Shown: in pieces, positions 28,811-39,046 of the stretch | How positions within the stretch are numbered: position 1 is the stretch's first letter | Layout of the letters: each line of letters starts with the position of its first letter | Source of the DNA: an uncultured delta proteobacterium | GTDB taxonomy: Bacteria > Desulfobacterota > RBG-13-43-22 | Length of the DNA stretch: 64,000 nucleotides | Direction: 5' to 3' | Assembly (NCBI GenBank): GCA_963838485.1 | Contig: CAWIRY010000091.1 | Location: 128,658 to 192,657 of the forward strand | The notes under the pieces: generated by a model | Databases searched by the model: none | The model's input: the letters and a program-made list of their open reading frames with translations, nothing else | Told to the model about the DNA's origin: nothing | Position numbers and translations under genes: made by a program

Positions 28811-30040
28811 TTATTTGTTGATCGGTTCCTTGTCCAAATTAAAAACACTGTGCAAGGTGCGGACGGCCAATTCGGTGTATTTCTCATCGATGACACAGGA
28901 GATTTTGATCTCGGAGGTGGAAATCATCATGATGTTGATTCCTTCCTTGGCCAGGGCCGCAAACATGGTGGTGGCCACACCGGCGTGGTTGCGCATGCCC
29001 AATCCGATGATGGAGACCTTGGCGATATTTTCGTCTCCCATGACCCGTTCGGCCTTGATCTCCTTGGCCATTTTTTTGATGGTACTCATGGTTTTTTTAA
29101 AGTCGACTTTGGGGACCGTAAAGGTCAGATCGGTTAACCCTTCGGCACTGGTATTCTGGATGATCATATCCACCACCACCCCGGCCTCGGAGATGGGGGT
29201 AAAAATTTTGGAAGCTATACCCGGACGGTCCGGCACTTTGGTAATGGTAATACGGGCCTCGTTTTTATTATAGGTGACCCCTGAAACCAAGATTTTTTCC
29301 ATGCTCTTATCTTCTTGAACCACCATCGTTCCCTCCTTATCGGTAAAGGTTGACCGTACATGCACCGGGACCTTAAATTTTTTGGCGAATTCGACCGAAC
29401 GGATCTCCAGGACTTTGGCGCCCAGACTGGCCATTTCCAACATTTCTTCATAGGAGATCTTTTTCATCTTTCGGGCCTTGGGGCAGATATTCGGATCGGT
29501 CGTATATACCCCCTCCACATCGGTGAAGATTTCACAGACCTGGGCCTTTAAGGCCGCGGCTACGGCTACGGCGGTTGTGTCCGAACCGCCCCGGCCCAGA
29601 GTGGTGATATTCCCTTTTTCATCCAGTCCTTGGAAACCGGCCACGGCTACAATCTTGTCGTTTCGTATCTCCCCCATTATTCGCCGGGTATCGATCTCAT
29701 TGATTCGGGCCCGACCATAGGCATCATCGGTGGCAATTTTGACCTGATGGCCCAGAAGAGAGGTGGCCTTGAAACCCAGACTTTGGACGGCCATACAAAA
29801 CAGGGCTACTGAAATCTGTTCTCCGGTGGAGATCAGGACATCCAATTCACGGGGATCGGGATTTTCCGACATCTCTTTGGCCAGACGGATAAGTTTGTCC
29901 GTTTCTCCGGACATGGCCGACAGAACGACCACTATATCGTGGCCTTTCTTCTTCATGGCGATAACCCGTTCGGCCACATTTCGAATCTTTTCTATGGAGC
30001 CGACCGAGGTCCCTCCATATTTCTGAACAATCAAAGACAT
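28811..30040 (-). CDS. lysC: Aspartate kinase
   Basis: KYGGTSVGS N-terminus, kinase domain and two C-terminal ACT domains. The probable start is the second ATG (MSLIVQKYGG), with GGAGG 8 nt upstream. Confidence 0.9.
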   Translation of the reverse strand: MSLIVQKYGGTSVGSIEKIRNVAERVIAMKKKGHDIVVVLSAMSGETDKLIRLAKEMSENPDPRELDVLISTGEQISVALFCMAVQSLGFKATSLLGHQVKIATDDAYGRARINEIDTRRIMGEIRNDKIVAVAGFQGLDEKGNITTLGRGGSDTTAVAVAAALKAQVCEIFTDVEGVYTTDPNICPKARKMKKISYEEMLEMASLGAKVLEIRSVEFAKKFKVPVHVRSTFTDKEGTMVVQEDKSMEKILVSGVTYNKNEARITITKVPDRPGIASKIFTPISEAGVVVDMIIQNTSAEGLTDLTFTVPKVDFKKTMSTIKKMAKEIKAERVMGDENIAKVSIIGLGMRNHAGVATTMFAALAKEGINIMMISTSEIKISCVIDEKYTELAVRTLHSVFNLDKEPINK

Positions 30041-30046
30041 GAACAT

Positions 30047-30326
30047 GCCTCCTTATCTAAAATATTAACCGTCTCATTATAGTTTTGATCAGGTGAGGCA
30101 ACCTTTTCTTCCGTCTGTAGCTTTCGGGCTGGTCTTTTCTTCGGACTTATCCACGGGGGATGCTTTGCCCCCTCTGCATTCTCGCCCGCTAAAAAATCAG
30201 CGGACGAGCTGCGGTCTCCCCCGTTAATAAGTCCTTAAAAGACAACGCCCTTTCGCCAATGACTCCAGAAAAAGCAGCCTCACCTGACGGAGTCAAGGTG
30301 TTATTATTATGAGACGGTTAATAACG
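30047..30326 (-). promoter_or_regulatory. About 280-nt structured 5' leader of lysC, closed by a 13-bp and a nested 10-bp long-range helix; candidate lysine riboswitch (L-box), unverified
   Basis: ttaaccgtctcat (30066-30078) pairs with atgagacggttaa (30309-30321). tcaggtgaggc (30090-30100) pairs with gcctcacctga (30275-30285). The interior has several hairpins and GAGGC-GC, GAAAGG and CCGAAG motifs reminiscent of L-box elements. Confidence 0.4.
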
Positions 30327-30786
30327 GTTGTATCACTTTCATCCGCTGGACCATTTTACCATTAGGGCTTATTCGGATATGCCGTTCGGTTTCGTCCAGA
30401 ATCGTGAAAACAATGTCCAGCCTATCTTCCGGTAAATCTTTTATCCGTTCGGCCCATTCAATGACCGTGATTCCCGGCCCGTCAAAATATTCTTCCAGCC
30501 CGAGTTCCTCTATCTCTTCATCCAGATGAAGTCGGTAGCAATCCAGATGAAAGAGGGGCATAGGCCCCGGGTATTCGTTAATCAAGGAAAAAGAAGGACT
30601 GGCCACCTGGCCTTCGGCAATGGTCAGTCCTTTGGCCAGGCCGCGGACCAAACAGGTCTTGCCGGCACCCAGTTCCCCGTAGAGGGCAACGACATCCCCG
30701 CCCTTAAGCAGGGAAGCCAACCTTTGGCCCAGTTGCATAGTGGCTTGTTCACCTTCAACCACCTGCTCGAGAATGAACCCTTCCAA
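30307..30786 (-). CDS. tsaE: tRNA threonylcarbamoyladenosine biosynthesis ATPase TsaE
   Basis: P-loop GELGAGKT in a 159-aa YjeE-family protein. Confidence 0.85.
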   Translation of the reverse strand: MEGFILEQVVEGEQATMQLGQRLASLLKGGDVVALYGELGAGKTCLVRGLAKGLTIAEGQVASPSFSLINEYPGPMPLFHLDCYRLHLDEEIEELGLEEYFDGPGITVIEWAERIKDLPEDRLDIVFTILDETERHIRISPNGKMVQRMKVIQPLLTVS

Positions 30787-30799
30787 GACCCCAGACCTC

Positions 30800-31249
30800 T
30801 TATCGCGCCATTGAACGGACGATATCCTTCTTGCCTATTATTCCAACCAGAGTTCTTCCCTCCAGCACCGGAATGGAATGCACCTTGTGCTCGGCCATCA
30901 GGGTAGCTATTTCCTCTATCGGGGTTTCAGGGGTAACGGTTTTAACCGGTGAACTCATAATATCCAGGGCCACTACCCCGGTTATTTTTTTTAATTCTTT
31001 CTCAAATTTTTTCCCGCTTTCAAGAAAAACGATGTAACCCATGAAATTGACTACCGGGGGCCCATGAAATTTTTTGGTTTGGTCAATGATGTCGCTTTCG
31101 CAGACAATCCCAACTATCTCTTTGCTCGGGTTTAAAACAGGCACCCCGCTGATATGGTTTTCCGTCAAGGTTTGAGCTACATCAGCAATGGGCGTGTATT
31201 CCTGAACGGTAATTACTTTCTGAGTCATGATGTCTTTGGCCAGGGTCAT
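30800..31249 (-). CDS. CBS-domain pair protein
   Basis: Two CBS motifs (HISGVPVL; HSIPVL) in a 149-aa ORF. Confidence 0.8.
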   Translation of the reverse strand: MTLAKDIMTQKVITVQEYTPIADVAQTLTENHISGVPVLNPSKEIVGIVCESDIIDQTKKFHGPPVVNFMGYIVFLESGKKFEKELKKITGVVALDIMSSPVKTVTPETPIEEIATLMAEHKVHSIPVLEGRTLVGIIGKKDIVRSMAR

Positions 31250-31370
31250 GATAGGCTCCTAAAAAAAGGGTTCCAGGATTCAAGGATTCAAGGGTTAAAG
31301 GGTTAGGGGATGGAGCTGTGTCGTCCGTCGCCGAACGCCGAACCCTGAACGCTTAACGGTTTTAGACCGG

Positions 31371-32969
31371 TTATAGTTTCACCTCTCGTATCAGCGGCAT
31401 GGTTTCTTTTTCCATCCCTTCCCAAGAGCCTTTTTGAGAAATTAGGGTGGGGATCTTATCTAATAATTCCGAAGCCAGAATCCCCTGGCCGCCTCGTTCC
31501 CGGGCCAGCCAGACACCGGCCTGTCCATGCAGAAAAACCCCCAGGCAGGCGGACTGGATCAGGGACATTCCCTGGGATAAAAAACCGAGGATCAATCCCG
31601 TTAAGATATCCCCGGTGCCCCCGGCAGCCAAAACCGAGTGGGCCACGGGATTCAAGTACACTGGCCCTTCGGGATCGGCAATGACGGTCCTGGCCCCTTT
31701 CAGGACTACGACCACCCCGTATTTTTGGGAAAATGCCCGAGCTGCCTCAATCCTGTCGGCCTGGATTTCTTTAACCGGCCGGCTTAATAAGCGGGACATC
31801 TCGCCGGGATGGGGGGTAAGGACGGCCCTGCCGGCCAGGTTCTTTAAACTTTCCGGGGCCTCGGCCAAGGCATTCAATCCGTCGGCATCGATCACCATCG
31901 GGATGTTTTTTAATTGTCCCAATAAGGATTGCACTAAAGAAGATGTCCCCGGTGATTGGGAAAGCCCCGGTCCGATGGCCAGGCCTTTTTTGCCTTCCAG
32001 TAGCTTCATGATGGGACCCAGGGCATCAGGACCCAAATGCCCCGGTTCTCCTTCCGGCAGGGGTTCGGTCATGGACTCGGTCAGTTTGACTTCCATGATG
32101 GGATTCAAACTTTCCGCTATGCCCAGGGTCACCAAGCCGGCCCCGGCCCTCAAAGCCCCTAAACAGGTCATGGCCGCGGCCCCGGTTTTTCCCCTGGACC
32201 CGGCCAGGACCAGGACGTGGCCATAGGAACCCTTGTGGCCTTCAGGGTCTCTTTCTGTCAGTAAAGGGGCCAATAGATCTCTTTCCAATAATTCCACCCG
32301 TTCCCTGGGGGCCGGCCAAAGGTCCGGGGGAAACCCGATGTCTATTACGAAAAGCCTTGCTACAAAACGGCAGCCGGGAAAAAGGACCTGACCGATTTTA
32401 GGCTGGCCGAAAGTGACGGTCAGATCAGCCTTTACACAAAGACCGAGGGGCCGGCCTGTGTCGGAAGACAGACCGGAAGGGATGTCCACGGCGGCCTTGG
32501 GAATTGGAATTTCGTTCATCAGAACGATCAGGTCCCGGAAAAGGCCTTTAACTTCCTTGTCTATTCCCGTGCCCAAAAGGGCATCTACCAGGAGGTCAAA
32601 ACCGGAGACTTCCTGTTTCAAGGAGGACCGGTTTGACTTTTCGTCCAATTCGGTCAGGGGAATTTTTAACCGGTCGACCAGGCCGAGTTGATGGGCCGCA
32701 TCTCCTTTGAGTCCTTCCCTCGGACCGGCTAAATAGACCCGGACCTTAAGGCCCAGGGACTGGAAATAACGAGCCATGGCCAACCCGTCACCGCCGTTAT
32801 TCCCTTTTCCGCAAAAAATGGCTATCGACCGGGCATTGGGATACAGACACCCGATGACCTGTACCGCCCCCCGGGCGGCATTTTCCATCAGGACCTGTCC
32901 GGGCAGGCCGAAATCTTCAATGGCCTGTCGATCTAATCGTCTCATTTGTTGGGCTGTGGTCAGGATCAT
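31371..32969 (-). CDS. nnr: Bifunctional NAD(P)H-hydrate repair enzyme (epimerase plus ADP-dependent dehydratase)
   Basis: N-terminal YjeF_N (GKGNNGGDG) and C-terminal carbohydrate-kinase-like domain (GPGLS...GGTGD). Confidence 0.85.
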   Translation of the reverse strand: MILTTAQQMRRLDRQAIEDFGLPGQVLMENAARGAVQVIGCLYPNARSIAIFCGKGNNGGDGLAMARYFQSLGLKVRVYLAGPREGLKGDAAHQLGLVDRLKIPLTELDEKSNRSSLKQEVSGFDLLVDALLGTGIDKEVKGLFRDLIVLMNEIPIPKAAVDIPSGLSSDTGRPLGLCVKADLTVTFGQPKIGQVLFPGCRFVARLFVIDIGFPPDLWPAPRERVELLERDLLAPLLTERDPEGHKGSYGHVLVLAGSRGKTGAAAMTCLGALRAGAGLVTLGIAESLNPIMEVKLTESMTEPLPEGEPGHLGPDALGPIMKLLEGKKGLAIGPGLSQSPGTSSLVQSLLGQLKNIPMVIDADGLNALAEAPESLKNLAGRAVLTPHPGEMSRLLSRPVKEIQADRIEAARAFSQKYGVVVVLKGARTVIADPEGPVYLNPVAHSVLAAGGTGDILTGLILGFLSQGMSLIQSACLGVFLHGQAGVWLARERGGQGILASELLDKIPTLISQKGSWEGMEKETMPLIREVKL

Positions 32970-33078
32970 AATTAAAACCTTGGATTCAAGGGGTCCAGGG
33001 GTCCAGGATTCAAGTGAAAGGCGTTGAGATTAAAATACTTGAACCTCGAATCTTGAAATCCTTGAACCCTATTTTTGA

Positions 33079-33459
33079 CTAAATCTCAAGCACCACCACT
33101 GCCAAAGCATATCCATCCTCATCGGTCAGGGTCAAAAAACTGTTTTTAATCCCGGCCTGCATACAGATTTCCCTGGCCCGGCCTTGGAGGATCAGTTCCG
33201 GTTTGCCGAAGGCATTGGAGGTGACTTCGATATCCTTCCAATGGATTCCCTGCCGCATCCCCAGGCCAATAGCCTTGGAGAAGGCCTCTTTGGCGGCGAA
33301 ACGCATGGCCCAATAGCGTGTGGGACGGGGTTTGCCAAGGCAAAGGGCGCGCTCTTTTTCGGTAAAGATCTTCTCCTGAAATCGTTTTCCCCAGGTTTCC
33401 ATGGCCTTTTCGAGCCGGGAAATTTTAACCAAATCGACTCCGATGCCGTAAATCATCAT
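33079..33459 (-). CDS. acpS: Holo-[acyl-carrier-protein] synthase
   Basis: MIYGIGVDLVKISR...FAAKEAFSKA in a 126-aa ORF. Confidence 0.9.
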   Translation of the reverse strand: MMIYGIGVDLVKISRLEKAMETWGKRFQEKIFTEKERALCLGKPRPTRYWAMRFAAKEAFSKAIGLGMRQGIHWKDIEVTSNAFGKPELILQGRAREICMQAGIKNSFLTLTDEDGYALAVVVLEI

Positions 33460-33716
33460 TCTCCATAAAACAGGAATTCGAATTATCTATTTCTTTTATA
33501 TAACAAGCTATTATCCTGGTCAAGGAGAAACGGCAGGATTCTTTCCAAAAGCCACGAGGATGGAGCCTAAAAAAAATTTATTAGAAAACTGGATTATTTT
33601 CCGATTTATTGGTACAAATAAATTTTAAAGGAGTCCAGGAAGGCAATTTTTAATTCTCGCATATTGTCTTGAAAGAAAAAGTAATCATAAAAAAAAATTT
33701 ACCAAAGGGGGATACC

Positions 33717-35006
33717 ATGGAAAAGAAAAAAATGAAAGGGTCTGGAATCAGTCGAAGGGATTTTTTAAAGACTTCAGCCGCAGTGGGCGCGGCCGCCACC
33801 ATTACCGGTTTTCCGGCCATCTTACGCGGGGCCGCACCTAAGGAGATCATTATCGGCTCTATCCAGCCGGTTACCGGCCCTTTGCCGGATATCGGCATCG
33901 CCGCGCAGCGCGCTAATAAACTGGCCGCCGACGAAGTCAACGCCCGGGGGGGGATCAAGTCCATGGGCGAAGCCAAGTTAAAGCTCCTTCTGGGCGATTG
34001 TGAGGCCAAGGAAGAAGTGGGCCGGACCGTGGCTGAGCGGCAGATCAATGAAGGGGCGGTTTGTCTGGTAGGGCCATTTTTAAGCGGGGTGGCCATGGCC
34101 ATCGCCACCTTGGCCGAGCAACGCAATATTCCTTTTGTTATCGATGTGGCCGCCCTGGACGCCATTACCGCCAAAGGGTACAAAAATGTTTTTCGTTGCT
34201 TTGCCAAGACCGAAGCCTTCATGACCAGCATGGCCAAATACCTGGACGAGATCATCAAAGAGAAAAAGGTGACCATCAAACGGATCGCTGTCACCAATGC
34301 CGGCGATGCCTTCGGCCGGGGACAGGGGGCGTCTTTTATACAATTTGTCAAGGATAGAAAATTGCCCTTTGAAATCGTCGAACATATCGAATACCCTTTG
34401 GGCGTTAAGGACCTCTCAGCAGAAGTAGCTAAACTCAAGGCTTCTAAGCCCGACCTCCTTTGTCCCGTAGCCCGTCCCGGAGATGCCAAACTCCTGATCC
34501 GGGAGCTCTATAAGCAGCGGGTAGAATTGTTGGGCATCATCAGCCCGGGCAGCCCGGGCTGGTACGAGCCGGAATTCATCAGGGACATGGACAAGCTGGC
34601 CTATTATGTCCTGGACAACGTGCCCTGGTACAACCCCAAGAGCAAAAAATTCCAGGAAGCCAATGCCCGTTTTGAAAAACTCTATCCCGGAAAATACCTG
34701 GATTGCAATTCCGGATACTCCTACACCGCGGTGCTGATCATCGCCGATGCTTTGGAACGGGCCAAATCAACCGATCCCCAGGCCCTGCGGGAGGCCCTGC
34801 GCAAGACCCATTTCAAAGACAATCCCATGATCGGCGGGCCGGTGATCTTTGATGAAAAGGGGGATAATATCAATGCCATCACGGCCATGGTCCAGGTCCT
34901 GCCTGATCCTAATATGGATAACCGGGTCAAGGTGGTTCTGCCCAAGGAAGGGGCCCAGGCTTCTTATGTCTTCCCCTGGAAACAACTCTGGGAACGGGGA
35001 GCCTAA
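33717..35006 (+). CDS. ABC transporter substrate-binding protein (branched-chain amino acid / Liv-type, Tat signal)
   Basis: Twin-arginine signal SRRDFLKTSAAVGAAAT on a type I periplasmic-binding fold. The start is placed at MEKKKMKGSG, with AGGGGG 5 nt upstream. Confidence 0.8.
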   Translation: MEKKKMKGSGISRRDFLKTSAAVGAAATITGFPAILRGAAPKEIIIGSIQPVTGPLPDIGIAAQRANKLAADEVNARGGIKSMGEAKLKLLLGDCEAKEEVGRTVAERQINEGAVCLVGPFLSGVAMAIATLAEQRNIPFVIDVAALDAITAKGYKNVFRCFAKTEAFMTSMAKYLDEIIKEKKVTIKRIAVTNAGDAFGRGQGASFIQFVKDRKLPFEIVEHIEYPLGVKDLSAEVAKLKASKPDLLCPVARPGDAKLLIRELYKQRVELLGIISPGSPGWYEPEFIRDMDKLAYYVLDNVPWYNPKSKKFQEANARFEKLYPGKYLDCNSGYSYTAVLIIADALERAKSTDPQALREALRKTHFKDNPMIGGPVIFDEKGDNINAITAMVQVLPDPNMDNRVKVVLPKEGAQASYVFPWKQLWERGA

Positions 35007-35282
35007 TTGATTGCGGATTGCAGAATTATCGGACCATAACAAACAATCAGCACTAAGCTCTCATGCCCCTTTGGGGCGCCACGAAGAATGAAAATAACCG
35101 TAGAGGCGGGTTTTAAACCCGCCCCTACAGAGCCTCGACAAAGATTAAGGACGGTTTAAAATCTATTTTCGTACTGAACTCTCCAGAAGTAAACTATCCC
35201 CTCCCCAAGGCGGGAGGGGATAAAGGGAGGGGGAGAGGAAATTTTTGAAGATTTTTTGCCAAACTACTATGGGTGACCACCC

Positions 35283-36152
35283 ATGAATATGGATCTGGTT
35301 CTGCAATTGGCCGTGCAGGGGTTTTTGATGGGAGGGGTCTATAGCCTGATCGCCTTGGGCCTCTCCCTGATCTTCGGGGTCATGCGGGTCATCAACTTCG
35401 CCCACGGCGAGATGATGGTTTTTGCCATGTTCATCAGCATTACCCTTCTCCTCGGCCTGGGCCTTGATCCCTATCTGTCCCTGCCGATTTGTGCGGCCGT
35501 CATGTTCGGTATCGGCTATCTGGTTCAACGGGTCTTCATCAATCGCATATTGGACTTGCCCGAGGCCATGCAGGTATTGGTTCTGGTGGGCATGGCCATC
35601 ATCTTTGAAAACGGGACCTTGATGATCTGGGGGGGGAGCGATATCAGTCCCAAGACCAGCCTGGCCCTTTCCGCCATCCAACTGGGACCGTTGACCATCG
35701 ATGTCCCTCGTCTTATCGCCTTTGTTTTAGCCATTCTCATTACCTTGATCGTCATGATCTTTTTGAAGAAGACCACCATCGGTAAGGCCATCCGGGCCGC
35801 CGCCGACAACCGGTTCGGGGCCTTGATCATCGGAACCAATATTAACCGTCTCTACGGCATCTGTTTTGGAATCGGCACGGCCTGCGTGGGGGCCGCCGGG
35901 GCCCTGCTGGTGCCCTTGATGCCGGCCAAGGCCACCATGGGCGCCCCTTATACCATGATCTCTTTTGTTATCGTCATCCTGGGCGGCATGGGGAGCCTGA
36001 TCGGGGCCTTGGTCGGGGGGTTGATTATCGGGGTCGCCGAATCCCTGGGCACGGTCTTTTTGCCCAGTTCCATGAAGCAGGCGGTCAGTTTTACGATTAT
36101 GATCATTATCCTTCTTTTCCGGCCCCAGGGACTTTTTGGAGGGAAAGGATGA
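35283..36152 (+). CDS. livH: Branched-chain amino acid ABC transporter permease
   Basis: 289-aa polytopic membrane protein of the LivH family. Confidence 0.8.
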   Translation: MNMDLVLQLAVQGFLMGGVYSLIALGLSLIFGVMRVINFAHGEMMVFAMFISITLLLGLGLDPYLSLPICAAVMFGIGYLVQRVFINRILDLPEAMQVLVLVGMAIIFENGTLMIWGGSDISPKTSLALSAIQLGPLTIDVPRLIAFVLAILITLIVMIFLKKTTIGKAIRAAADNRFGALIIGTNINRLYGICFGIGTACVGAAGALLVPLMPAKATMGAPYTMISFVIVILGGMGSLIGALVGGLIIGVAESLGTVFLPSSMKQAVSFTIMIIILLFRPQGLFGGKG

Positions 36153-37120
36153 GGCGGCTTTATCTCTTCCTGGCCTTTGTTCTGGCGATCCTGCTCTTTT
36201 TGCCCACTGTGCTCAGTAATTACTGGGAGGAGATCTTTATCCTTATTTTTTACTATGCCTATCTGGGCCAGTGCTGGAACATCCTGACCGGCTATACGGG
36301 CAACATCTCCCTGGGTCATGCCCTGTACCTCGGAATCGGGGCCTATACTTCCACCCGGCTGGCCATGGTCTTTGGCCTGAGTCCCTGGGTCGGGATGTTC
36401 GTCGGGGCCTTGCTGGCCATGGCCGTCGGCCTGTTTATCGGCTATTTAGGGTTTCGCTTCGGCCTCAAAGGGGTCTATTTCGTTTTGATCACCATTGCCG
36501 TTGCCGAACTCGGTCGGTTGATTGCCTTGCACATGAACAGCCTGGGTTCTTTCATGGGGCTGTTTATCGATTTTAAACCGGGCTTTTGGAACATGCAGTT
36601 TAGGGGAAATCGGCACTATTATTACATTGCCCTGGGACTGCTCCTCTTTTCCGTGATTGTGGTTCGGGCCCTGGAGGTCTCCAAGGTAGGCCGTTATCTG
36701 GTGGCCATCCGGGAGGACGAGGACGCGGCTGAAAGCCTGGGAGTCAATACCTTTAAATACAAGATGTGGGCCATTGCCTTAAGCGCCTTTATGACCGCCC
36801 TGGGCGGAACCTTCGACGCCAATCGGATTTTTCATTTGAGCCCCGACCGGGTCATGAGTATGGGCATGTCCATTGAGATCATCCTCCGCCCGATCATCGG
36901 GGGGATGGGCACGGTTTTGGGGCCTGTCGTCGGGTCCTTTTTGATCACCTTGCCGGCCGAATGGTCCAGGGCCTACCTGTCGGAAGTAGGCCCGCCCGGG
37001 TTGCACATGGTCATTTACGGCTTTGTGCTGATTTTTGCCGTTTTCTTTTTCCCCAGGGGGGTCATGCCTTTTTTGAACAGGATTCTAAGACCGTTTTTCG
37101 TTAAAGGAAACGACCGGTGA
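36149..37120 (+). CDS. livM: Branched-chain amino acid ABC transporter permease
   Basis: 323-aa LivM-family permease; the starts and stops of adjacent genes overlap. Confidence 0.8.
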   Translation: MRRLYLFLAFVLAILLFLPTVLSNYWEEIFILIFYYAYLGQCWNILTGYTGNISLGHALYLGIGAYTSTRLAMVFGLSPWVGMFVGALLAMAVGLFIGYLGFRFGLKGVYFVLITIAVAELGRLIALHMNSLGSFMGLFIDFKPGFWNMQFRGNRHYYYIALGLLLFSVIVVRALEVSKVGRYLVAIREDEDAAESLGVNTFKYKMWAIALSAFMTALGGTFDANRIFHLSPDRVMSMGMSIEIILRPIIGGMGTVLGPVVGSFLITLPAEWSRAYLSEVGPPGLHMVIYGFVLIFAVFFFPRGVMPFLNRILRPFFVKGNDR

Positions 37121-37842
37121 ATTTGTTAACCATAGAGGAGGTAGGAAAAAATTTCGGCGGTCTTCGGGCCTTGAATGATATTTCCCTGCTGATCAATTCC
37201 CGGGAAATAGTGGCCGTCATTGGCCCGAACGGCGCCGGGAAGACCACCTTGTTCAATTGTCTGACCGGATTTCTTTCCCCGGACAGAGGCCGGGTTTCAT
37301 TTCAAGGGCAATCGGTCTTGGGTTTGAAACCCCATCAGGTCTGCCGTCTGGGGGTGGTGCGGACCTTCCAGATCGTCAAGCCCTTTCTGGAATTGTCGGT
37401 TTTAGATAATGTCATCGTGGCCGCTTACAACCGGCGGCCCTCTCTGGCCGAGGCGACCCGAAAGGCCAGAGAAGTCATTGCCTTTGTGGGCCTGGATGAT
37501 AAACGTTCGGCCCTGGCTAATGAATTGACCTTGCCTCACCGTAAACGTCTGGAACTGGCCCGGGCCCTGGCCACCGAACCCACCCTCCTCATGCTCGACG
37601 AGGTTATGGCCGGCATCAATCCCACGGAAACCGATACCCTGATCAAGCTGATCCAAGAGATCAATGAACAAGGGGTGGCCATCCTTATGATCGAGCATGT
37701 CATGCGCGGGGTTATGGCCTTGTCGCAACGGATTGCGGTCCTCAACTTCGGGGAAAAGATCGCCGAGGGATTGCCGGAAGAGGTGACCCAAAATCCCTTG
37801 GTGATCGAAGCTTATTTGGGAGAGGATTATAAACCGTGCTGA
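37117..37842 (+). CDS. livG: ABC transporter ATP-binding protein
   Basis: Walker A GPNGAGKTT and signature/Walker B LLMLDEVMAGIN. Confidence 0.85.
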   Translation: MNLLTIEEVGKNFGGLRALNDISLLINSREIVAVIGPNGAGKTTLFNCLTGFLSPDRGRVSFQGQSVLGLKPHQVCRLGVVRTFQIVKPFLELSVLDNVIVAAYNRRPSLAEATRKAREVIAFVGLDDKRSALANELTLPHRKRLELARALATEPTLLMLDEVMAGINPTETDTLIKLIQEINEQGVAILMIEHVMRGVMALSQRIAVLNFGEKIAEGLPEEVTQNPLVIEAYLGEDYKPC

Positions 37843-38540
37843 AGGTGGAAAAGGTCGATGTCTTTTACAGGGATTTGCTGGCCCTGCGCGGTATTTCCCT
37901 GGAGGTAGCCGAGGGAGAGATCGTCACCGTCATCGGTTCCAACGGGGCCGGGAAGTCCACGATGATCAAAACCATCTCCGGCATGCTCCGGGCCCGCAGC
38001 GGTTCCATCACCTGGTACGACCGGCCCATCACTTCTTGTTCCACTTCGGATATCGTCGCTATGGGGCTCATCCAGATCCCCGAAGGCCGGCAGCTTTTTC
38101 CCTCCATGTCGGTTTTGGAAAATTTGGAATTGGGGGCCTTGAATTCCAAGGCCCGTAAAGACAAGGCGGAAAACCTGAAAAAAATTTTTAATCTTTTTCC
38201 CCGTCTGGAGGAAAGAAAAGTGCAGACCGCCGGCACCTTGTCCGGCGGGGAACAACAGATGCTGGCCATCGGGCGGGGTCTGATGTCCAAGCCCAAGATC
38301 CTCATGTTGGACGAACCTTCATTGGGTCTGTCCCCGATTTTAGTTAAGACCATCTTCGATATCATCCGGCAAATCAATGGGGATGGGACCACGATTCTTT
38401 TGGTGGAACAAAACGTCCACCATGCCTTGCGCATGGCCCATCGGGCCTATATCCTGGAAAACGGGGAAATCGTCATGCACGGCCCGGCCCAGGATCTGAT
38501 GCAGAACGACCACGTTTGCCGGGCCTATCTGGGGTTATAA
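37836..38540 (+). CDS. livF: ABC transporter ATP-binding protein
   Basis: Walker A GSNGAGKST, signature LSGGEQQM and Walker B ILMLDEPS. Confidence 0.85.
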   Translation: MLKVEKVDVFYRDLLALRGISLEVAEGEIVTVIGSNGAGKSTMIKTISGMLRARSGSITWYDRPITSCSTSDIVAMGLIQIPEGRQLFPSMSVLENLELGALNSKARKDKAENLKKIFNLFPRLEERKVQTAGTLSGGEQQMLAIGRGLMSKPKILMLDEPSLGLSPILVKTIFDIIRQINGDGTTILLVEQNVHHALRMAHRAYILENGEIVMHGPAQDLMQNDHVCRAYLGL

Positions 38541-38629
38541 AGGGTTCCCCATCACAACCCTTTCTTGCCGTCGAAGGTCCATATTGAATCATTCAATTTC
38601 ATGTCAAGCATAGATAGGAGCTCAGCACT

Positions 38630-39046
38630 TTGGAAATAACGCCGATTATCGTTGAACAGGGCAATCAGAATTCTTTATACCAGACTATGGGCATTCGCCT
38701 CGAAGAGGCCGTCGACGGGAAGGCCCGCACCATCTTAAACCCCCGGACCGAAGTCTGTTGGCCCTTTTCGGACCAGCCTCACGGAGGCGTTCTCTTTACG
38801 ACCATGGATACCTCCATGGCCTGGGCCGTACTCTCCGTGGTGGAGCCGGGCCACGGCTGTTCCACCATTGACTTCAACATCCAGTATCTGGCTCCGGCCA
38901 ATAAAGGTCCCTACCAATGTCAGGCCTGGATAACCCACCGGTCCGGCCGAATGGCCTTTTTGCGGGCTGAAATCAGGGATTCTCATCATTCTTTGTTGGC
39001 CAACGGCCAAGCCGTATTCCGAATCATCAAAAGGCCGATTATTTAG
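38630..39046 (+). CDS. Hotdog-fold thioesterase (PaaI-like)
   Basis: 138 aa containing HGGVLFTTMDTSMAWAV. Confidence 0.65.
   Translation: MEITPIIVEQGNQNSLYQTMGIRLEEAVDGKARTILNPRTEVCWPFSDQPHGGVLFTTMDTSMAWAVLSVVEPGHGCSTIDFNIQYLAPANKGPYQCQAWITHRSGRMAFLRAEIRDSHHSLLANGQAVFRIIKRPII

Noticed and set aside
28782-30026. Plus-strand ORFs (163 aa, 95 aa, 87 aa and others) inside lysC
   Set aside because: Antisense shadows of a GC-rich, confidently assigned gene.
33650-34489. 279-aa minus-strand ORF antisense to the substrate-binding protein gene
   Set aside because: Ala-, Ser- and Arg-rich shadow translation opposite a strongly supported Tat-signal binding protein.
35163-36319. Minus-strand ORFs of 172 aa, 104 aa and 123 aa within livH/livM
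   Set aside because: Shadow ORFs; the plus-strand permeases are unambiguous.
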